A DNA stretch of 32,000 bases from Pseudomonadales bacterium (GTDB lineage: Bacteria; Pseudomonadota; Gammaproteobacteria; Pseudomonadales; Azotimanducaceae): contig JAHRVQ010000052.1 in assembly GCA_019090615.1 (NCBI GenBank), positions 65,938 to 97,937 of the forward strand, written 5' to 3'. Every line of letters begins with the position of its first letter. The stretch's first letter is position 1. Below the pieces are notes generated by a model. The model saw nothing but the letters and a program-made list of their open reading frames with translations, had not been told where the DNA came from and did not search any database. Position numbers and translations under genes: made by a program. This document shows positions 26,945 through 32,000 of this stretch, piece after piece.

Positions 26945-27616
26945 ATGCTATGTAAGAACATTTTTGCAACAATCCCCACGCTGGTGGCCGGGGTTTTACT
27001 CAGTGCCCAAGCGTTCGCATCTACGGTGACCGTAGGCCAGCTTACATACAACGACGATTTTTTATACGTTGAACACGCCGATGGCACCCGTTTCCTGAAT
27101 TTGGGCGGTACGGGTCCTGGTATCACCGATGCGCATTTACTAACCAATCCCGGCGATATTTTCGAGGACTACCACATCGCTGACGGGTTCGAGGCTTACA
27201 AGTTCCTCAACGCGTTATTGGACGGTGTCATTCAGCAGGTATACGATCCCGCCACGGATTTACACGTGGTTGGAGGCGCCCTGGGGTTCGACTATATTGA
27301 CGATACGTTCGGCATTAACCAGGCGCAGGGCGTCGATACATTCGCATATGCGCACGACCTAACGCGGCCGTTCGGCGTCGGAATCATCCAGCTGTTTGCC
27401 GATACGGACGATTACGACATTATTGACGCCGCCAATGATTCGTTCTTATTCCAGACCAGCGTATCCCTCACGCCCGTCTTGATGGTTGCCAACGCTCCGT
27501 CGATGCCTCCCCCGCTCCCCCCCGCCGTACCGGTCCCAGCTCCCGCGCCACTAATCCTTATGGCCCTGGGCTTACTCGGTCTCGGTGCATCTCGTCGTAA
27601 ATCAGTGTCACGTTAA
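26945..27616 (+). CDS. Paralog 3 of the PEP-CTERM-like family; the only copy with an intact signal peptide
   Basis: The ATG at 26945 gives MLCKNIFATIPTLVAGVLLSAQAFA/STV, with AGGA 9 nt upstream. The ORF track starts at 26846. The family motif is FEDYHIADGFEAYKFLN and the tail is VPVPAPAPLILMALGLLGLGASRRKS. Confidence 0.75.
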   Translation: MLCKNIFATIPTLVAGVLLSAQAFASTVTVGQLTYNDDFLYVEHADGTRFLNLGGTGPGITDAHLLTNPGDIFEDYHIADGFEAYKFLNALLDGVIQQVYDPATDLHVVGGALGFDYIDDTFGINQAQGVDTFAYAHDLTRPFGVGIIQLFADTDDYDIIDAANDSFLFQTSVSLTPVLMVANAPSMPPPLPPAVPVPAPAPLILMALGLLGLGASRRKSVSR

Positions 27617-27692
27617 GCCCAGTTAATCCAGCGGCGCAGCAACGCCGCCAACGTTTAACGCAGGCAATATTTAAAATAATCACCCAGCACTG

Positions 27693-27721
27693 AAGCCAAC
27701 TCATTTGGGGTGGCTTTTTTA
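27693..27721 (+). terminator. Probable rho-independent terminator after paralog 3
   Basis: aagccaactcatttggggtggcttttttatt has aagcca/tggctt arms followed by T6. Confidence 0.5.
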
Positions 27722-28051
27722 TTGCGCTGCTCATAAAACCAACAAATCCAATGATTACCTAACCCATCTGTCGAGGAAATTTACTGGTTATTTTTCAATC
27801 AATATCACATGACAGCCCAGTAGTCATGCCGCTTTCACTGCACCTCTTATTCAAGTGCAAATGAACTCTAGCAATTGACGCTCAAAAACAGTCGATTCTC
27901 TTTACAGGTTCTAACTAGTTGATTAGCTCTCAATAAATAATTGATATCACCGAAAATAACCAGCGATATCAATCGCCTATCTAAAATTGAGAGTAAACAA
28001 AAACTATTCTTGATTGGCGATATCATCACCTGCCGCGTGTTAACAGTCCCC

Positions 28052-28079
28052 AAAACTGTCGATATTATTTACAAAAACC
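28052..28079. repeat. 28-nt perfect direct repeat, copy 2
   Basis: Identical to 23305..23332. Confidence 0.85.
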
Positions 28080-28116
28080 GTGGATATAGACTCCGACACA
28101 TTACAACTGTGGTATT

Positions 28117-28332
28117 TACCTACTGGTACGGGTATGACGAAACAAATTTTCAATTTATTGTGATTCCGGTTTTCACAAAAATCGTATCTACCTGCCATTA
28201 CATGGGTAAGCAGTAAAATACTCAATTTAATGTGATTCGGGTTTTATCAAATTATTAATATACCTACCAGTACAGGTAATCGGAAAACGTTATCCAATAT
28301 TTGGTCAATCCGGTTTTCAGAAAATCCATAAT
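28117..28332. repeat. Imperfect tandem repeat, 72-bp period x3 (plus a partial fourth unit)
   Basis: Unit starts tacctactggtacgggta, tacctgccattacatgggta and tacctaccagtacaggta lie at 28117, 28189 and 28261. The internal box gtgattccggttttca / gtgattcgggttttat / gtcaatccggttttca also recurs at 72-nt spacing. Confidence 0.8.
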
Positions 28333-28450
28333 TAAGTACTGGTGTATTACTCCCTACCTGATCACATAAATACCAAACTACCCCCCCTAGAGCGACTTCG
28401 TCAGTGATGAGGCAATACCGCCACCACATACCCTGATCAGGAGCACCACC

Positions 28451-28651
28451 ATGAGAGAAGCATTCAGAGCTTTCTTCCATTCAATCGTACTATCACTCAC
28501 CGCCTTCAACCGTACCGTTGCAACAGTAGATAACTACGCACGCTGGGCTGAAGAGGAATCAGCTGCATTCGTAGCAGAGGCAGAAGTAGAACGTGAAGCC
28601 AGGCTTAATGAACTCAAGCTATCACTAACTGAAGTACCCAGGGCAGCTTAA
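28451..28651 (+). CDS. Small hypothetical protein (66 aa)
   Basis: A good GGAG sits 7 nt upstream of the ATG. The predicted protein is helical and acidic (AEEESAAFVAEAEVEREARLNELK). It lies directly upstream of the radC-like gene, as in many genomic islands. Confidence 0.45.
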   Translation: MREAFRAFFHSIVLSLTAFNRTVATVDNYARWAEEESAAFVAEAEVEREARLNELKLSLTEVPRAA

Positions 28652-28853
28652 CTAACATCAACCAATCTGGTCCTACTCTCATATCAATTGAGGGGAGGAC
28701 TATTCTATTCCACCTTACACCATTACACATAGAGACAGTCAGTTAGATAGACAATTATCCTTACTGATAGTCAGCCTTGGTTATGTATTAGAAGTGACGC
28801 TTCGCGTAGGTAACGGAACCCTATAGCCGCCGACATACAGGAATAAATAAACC

Positions 28854-29396
28854 TTGATGCCTGGCGATTACCTAATCAAACAATCCGGATACCTCAACAT
28901 GAATAATAACTACAGCGCCACTGCCAATAGCAATAACAACAACCATGCAGACCTAAACTCCAATCAGCAAGCAACAATCCAGGAAGCAATAGGCATTCTT
29001 GAATCTCGACTACGCCGCAATACCAAACCCTTCACCAGCCCTACCGATGTTAAGCAGTTCTGCCAGCTACAGATAGCAGAAGAAAAGGATGAACATTTCT
29101 GCTGCATGTTCCTTGATAACCAGCATCGACTGATAGCTTTTGAGAAACTGTTCAGGGGCACTATTGATAGCGCAACTGTTTACCCCAGGGTAGTAGTAAG
29201 AAGGTCAATAGAGCTAAATGCTGGGGCGGTTATATTTACTCACAATCATCCCTCTGGTTTACCCAATCCCAGCACTGCTGACATCAAGGTCACAGAACGA
29301 CTGAAGGGAGCATTGGCGCTGGTCGATGTACGGGTGTTGGTATTGTGTATTTCGCATTTTCGCTATGCGATCTCTACGCCCGCGAGTTTTTCATAG
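28854..29396 (+). CDS. radC: RadC-like JAB/MPN domain protein, 3'-truncated
   Basis: FRGTIDSATVYPRVVVRRSIELNAGAVIFTHNHPSGLPNPSTADIKVTERLKGALALVDVRVL matches the RadC/YeeS family and includes the HNHPSG motif. The expected continuation (DH.IV...) is replaced after about 29339 by unrelated sequence. The likely start is the ATG at 28857. Confidence 0.8.
   Translation: MMPGDYLIKQSGYLNMNNNYSATANSNNNNHADLNSNQQATIQEAIGILESRLRRNTKPFTSPTDVKQFCQLQIAEEKDEHFCCMFLDNQHRLIAFEKLFRGTIDSATVYPRVVVRRSIELNAGAVIFTHNHPSGLPNPSTADIKVTERLKGALALVDVRVLVLCISHFRYAISTPASFS
29350..29370. repeat. Direct repeat copy 1 (tttcgcattttcgctatgcga), at the point where radC homology ends
   Basis: It matches 29462..29482 (tttcgcattttcgctttgcga) with one mismatch. 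Both copies are preceded by ttgtgt. Confidence 0.8.
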
Positions 29397-29456
29397 CTGG
29401 ATGGGGCGCTCGCAATTTCACTGCGTGAATTTGCTGTTACCTTTGTGGACTGGGTT
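29397..29456. repeat. 60-nt repeat, copy 2 (partner 26116..26175)
   Basis: See the partner feature. Confidence 0.8.
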
Positions 29457-29461
29457 TTGTG

Positions 29462-29492
29462 TTTCGCATTTTCGCTTTGCGAAAATGCGAAA
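29462..29492 (-). terminator. Perfect 14-bp-stem hairpin 4 nt beyond the 3' end of tRNA-Ser; possible tRNA operon terminator or att-site component
   Basis: The arms tttcgcattttcgc and gcgaaaatgcgaaa flank a ttt loop. No clear U-run follows on either strand, so the terminator role is uncertain. Confidence 0.35.
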
Positions 29493-29496
29493 TAGA

Positions 29497-29587
29497 TGGC
29501 GGAGAGGGAGGGATTCGAACCCTCGATGAGCTTTAAACCCATACTCCCTTAGCAGGGGAGCGCCTTCGGCCACTCGGCCACCTCTCC
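29497..29587 (-). tRNA. serV: tRNA-Ser (anticodon GCU), 91 nt with encoded CCA
   Basis: The reverse complement is GGAGAGGTGGCCGAGTGGCCGAAGGCGCTCCCCTGCTAAGGGAGTATGGGTTTAAAGCTCATCGAGGGTTCGAATCCCTCCCTCTCCGCCA. The anticodon loop is CTGCTAA. The long variable arm and the TTCGAATCC T-loop closely resemble E. coli tRNA-Ser(GCU). Confidence 0.93.
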
Positions 29588-29682
29588 GGACAATAAAGCC
29601 CTACATCTGATATACCGACTGAAGACACTGCGAGCTGTCTCTAGCCAGTGTTTTCATTCGATTATGCCTGTCTTGCAAATAA

Positions 29683-29759
29683 TGGCGCGCCAGGAGGGAG
29701 TCGAACCCCCGACCTCCTGGTTCGTAGCCAGGCACTCTATCCAGCTGAGCTACTGGCGC
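29683..29759 (-). tRNA. argV: tRNA-Arg (anticodon ACG), 77 nt with encoded CCA
   Basis: The reverse complement is GCGCCAGTAGCTCAGCTGGATAGAGTGCCTGGCTACGAACCAGGAGGTCGGGGGTTCGACTCCCTCCTGGCGCGCCA. The anticodon loop is CTACGAA, and the D-arm is identical to E. coli tRNA-Arg(ACG). Confidence 0.93.
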
Positions 29760-30001
29760 GCGAAGAGGGCGTATTATCAGGATGAGACACTTGTCAGTCA
29801 ACCACGAAATAGCCCGAAGAGGATATTTTTTCGGTTTTTTTCAATTCTATGGTCATCCCGAACAGTCCTGCATTTGTTATCACTAGTCGAATGCTATCAA
29901 CAGTCAAATGAAATTATTTCTAATATTACAAATTTGTTGCAAAAATTGATAACAAACGTAATATTACAACTATTGTGAGTTATGGGCACTATGTGTAAGT
30001 A

Positions 30002-30877
30002 ATGAAACCCGCCAATATTATCCTCGATCTACTTCGCACCTACCGCAACCGCGGCGCTAGCGCGAAGATCATTATGTCCACGGGTCGTATGTTTGGTTTT
30101 AATGAAAACCAGATGCGAGTCAGTCTGTCACGGCTGGTGGCTAAAAATACCCTGGATAACTTCAAACGCGGTTATTATCGATTGACCTTAAATACCAATC
30201 CGATCAACGAATTCATTGAACAATGGCGGTTGGGAGAAAAACGTAGACGCGAATGGACAAATAATGAATGGGCCTGCGTTGTCCTGCCGCCAACCACGGT
30301 AAGAAAAACAGCGAGCAAAAAATCCACCCGTGATTCAGACCTCAAAACCAACAAAAGTCATTGGGCATTATTCAACAACGGTTTTCGTCGAATTACTGAA
30401 AACCTGCTGGTCCGCCCAGACAATTTGATTGACACCGGTAGCCATTTAACCAACAAACTCAGAGCGCTTGGGCTGACCGCAGATGCGGTGGTGATTACTC
30501 GTGCCCAGATGGATACGAGCTCACAATCGGCATGGTTAAATCAATTCAACATATTGCAACTGGAGCAGGCATATAGCTGTATGGAACAGCAAATCAAAGC
30601 CAGCCAGCAGGGCCTCTATCATCAATCGGTGCAGCAGGCCCAACAAGAAAGCTTTCATCTTGGCGGCGAAGCCATCCAGCTGCTGGTCAAAGATCCGTTA
30701 TTACCCGAAGAGTACCAGCCACCCGCAGCACGAGAAGCGCTATGGCAAGCAATGCTTGAATACGATGCAGCTGGCCGCGACATATGGTCCGGCCCTCAAC
30801 ACGCCGCTTACCATGAACGCCCAGACATCATCCCTACCCGTAATTTTTTAGTCGATCAGTGGCCGCTACCATCATGA
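30002..30877 (+). CDS. PaaX-family transcriptional regulator
   Basis: 291 aa. The N-terminal winged-helix-like stretch is MRVSLSRLVAKNTLDNFKRGYYRLT. The C-terminal LLVKDPLLPEEYQP closely matches the PaaX motif VLKDPLLPEELLP. Confidence 0.78.
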   Translation: MKPANIILDLLRTYRNRGASAKIIMSTGRMFGFNENQMRVSLSRLVAKNTLDNFKRGYYRLTLNTNPINEFIEQWRLGEKRRREWTNNEWACVVLPPTTVRKTASKKSTRDSDLKTNKSHWALFNNGFRRITENLLVRPDNLIDTGSHLTNKLRALGLTADAVVITRAQMDTSSQSAWLNQFNILQLEQAYSCMEQQIKASQQGLYHQSVQQAQQESFHLGGEAIQLLVKDPLLPEEYQPPAAREALWQAMLEYDAAGRDIWSGPQHAAYHERPDIIPTRNFLVDQWPLPS

Positions 30878-31824
30878 GCAATCAAACAACATCAGATACC
30901 AACATCAGACAGCTACTTTCAGAACAGGAACTGGCACAGGTAACCTGCAAGAATAACTGGCTTGCACTGCGCATCGTTCTTTTCGACTGGCTGGTTATAA
31001 TTTTAGCCTTTGTACTGATGGCCAATTATCCAAATCCCTTCACGTTGCTGTTAGGAGTGCTTCTTATTGGCGCAAGACAATTAGGCCTTGGCGTTATCGT
31101 GCACGAGGCGGGACACCGCAGCTTATTCTCCTCGACTTCAGCGAATCACTTTGTCGGCAACTGGTTGGCGGGCTATTGGGTATTTTCTAATACCCAAAGC
31201 TATATGCAGTCGCATATTAAACACCATCAACATGCAGGCACCAAAGCCGACCCCGATCTGGCCAATTTCAAAGCTTATCCCATCAGCAGATCAAGTCTAA
31301 AAAGAAAGTTCGTCCGCGATGCTACCGGCCAGGTGGGCTGGCGGCGAATTAAATCAATTGCTCGATCGATTACCAAATTACCACAACTAGATCTGCGGGA
31401 GAAGAAAAATGCCCACCACAAACAGAGCCTATATCGGAGTATCGGGGTCAATCTCTGTATGCTAGCTATACTGACGTTATTCTCTGTGCCCTGGCTGTAC
31501 CTGGTGTGGGTAGGCGCTTTTATGACTAGCCATATGTTGGTGGTAAGGATCAGACAAATTGCCGAACATGCGGGCGTAACAGATCACTTCAGTACCGACG
31601 TACGATTAAATACCCGCACCCTTTACATCAATTGGCTAGAGCGGCTTTTGATAGCACCGCACCACGTGAACTATCACCTGGAGCACCACCTGCTACCCTC
31701 CGCACCTATTTACCAACTGAAAAAGTTGCACCACCTGCTATTACAGAAAGGCTACTATACAGGCATGACCTTCGATCAGGGTTATTACAACCTATTAATG
31801 CAGGTCACCTACCGAAACCGATAA
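30874..31824 (+). CDS. Membrane fatty-acid desaturase family protein
   Basis: Three His boxes are present (HEAGHRS, HIKHHQH, HLEHHLL) together with hydrophobic helices. The ATG at 30874 overlaps the PaaX-like stop as ATGA. The ORF track starts at a GTG at 30859. Confidence 0.85.
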   Translation: MSNQTTSDTNIRQLLSEQELAQVTCKNNWLALRIVLFDWLVIILAFVLMANYPNPFTLLLGVLLIGARQLGLGVIVHEAGHRSLFSSTSANHFVGNWLAGYWVFSNTQSYMQSHIKHHQHAGTKADPDLANFKAYPISRSSLKRKFVRDATGQVGWRRIKSIARSITKLPQLDLREKKNAHHKQSLYRSIGVNLCMLAILTLFSVPWLYLVWVGAFMTSHMLVVRIRQIAEHAGVTDHFSTDVRLNTRTLYINWLERLLIAPHHVNYHLEHHLLPSAPIYQLKKLHHLLLQKGYYTGMTFDQGYYNLLMQVTYRNR

Positions 31825-32000
31825 GATACACCCCAGCGCATTATATAAATTTACTTTGCCGGGCTTATTACAGCCTCAGCAACTGTTACAAACTGCCAAC
31901 AATAAATAAAGCCTCAGCAGCTATTCACAATCAACACGCGCAGGCTCTTCTGGCAGTGGCCCGAGCGTTGTATATTAGTAGTTTAAGACGCCACATTTGA

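Noticed and set aside
27868-28480. Short overlapping ORFs on both strands (27868..28053, 27941..28216, 28040..28225, 28247..28480), and similarly 24398..24628 and 26106..26330.
   Set aside because: They lie in AT-rich repeat DNA, overlap each other, and have no ribosome-binding sites or motifs. The 72-bp periodicity explains the open frames.
22200-29496. Calling the whole tRNA-proximal stretch a bona fide genomic island or mobile element.
   Set aside because: No integrase, transposase, relaxase or conjugation gene is visible, and I could not identify a repeat of the tRNA 3' end at a distal boundary. It is reported as a decayed or rearranged accessory region only.
29326-29978. ORFs 29326..29529 (+), 29601..29801 (-) and 29664..29978 (+).
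   Set aside because: They run through the tRNA-Ser and tRNA-Arg genes and the repeat scar. Their peptides are low-complexity with no start-site support.
31632-32000. A 122-aa plus-strand ORF at the window end.
   Set aside because: It overlaps the 3' third of the desaturase gene out of frame, is Pro/Ala/Arg-rich and has no motif support. It is probably spurious, although the part beyond 31824 cannot be judged.

Overview
This 32-kb window looks like a gammaproteobacterial chromosome: it has an E. coli-like tRNA-Ser(GCU)/tRNA-Arg(ACG) pair, Mug, a PaaX-like regulator and a TonB-dependent receptor. All calls come from reading the sequence and the ORF track by eye, with no searches or alignments, so identities are approximate.

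Layout:
- 0-4.1 kb: the start of a divergent secreted protein, a TonB-dependent receptor, an 18/19-bp tandem array and an MFS transporter.
- 4.35-16.9 kb, all on the minus strand: a tight seven-gene cluster, and the strongest candidate for an undescribed system. It holds two TIR-domain proteins, an nSTAND-type P-loop NTPase, a MoxR-like AAA+ ATPase and three paralogous FGE/SUMF1-like domains. All three FGE-like domains are predicted to face the periplasm and lack the FGE catalytic cysteine pair. I read it as an NTPase-gated TIR conflict or defence locus with extracytoplasmic sensing.
- 17.1-22.2 kb: a PAS-rich hybrid histidine kinase, a family III CoA-transferase and a Mug-type glycosylase.
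- 22.2-29.5 kb: an ORF-poor, repeat-rich accessory stretch abutting the 3' end of tRNA-Ser. It contains a family of proteins with PEP-CTERM-like tails (one intact copy, two 5'-truncated copies and one orphan tail). It also contains a duplicated 260-bp module, a 72-bp x3 tandem array and a 3'-truncated radC-like gene. No integrase is visible.
- 29.5-32 kb: the two tRNAs, then a PaaX-like regulator translationally coupled to a membrane fatty-acid desaturase.
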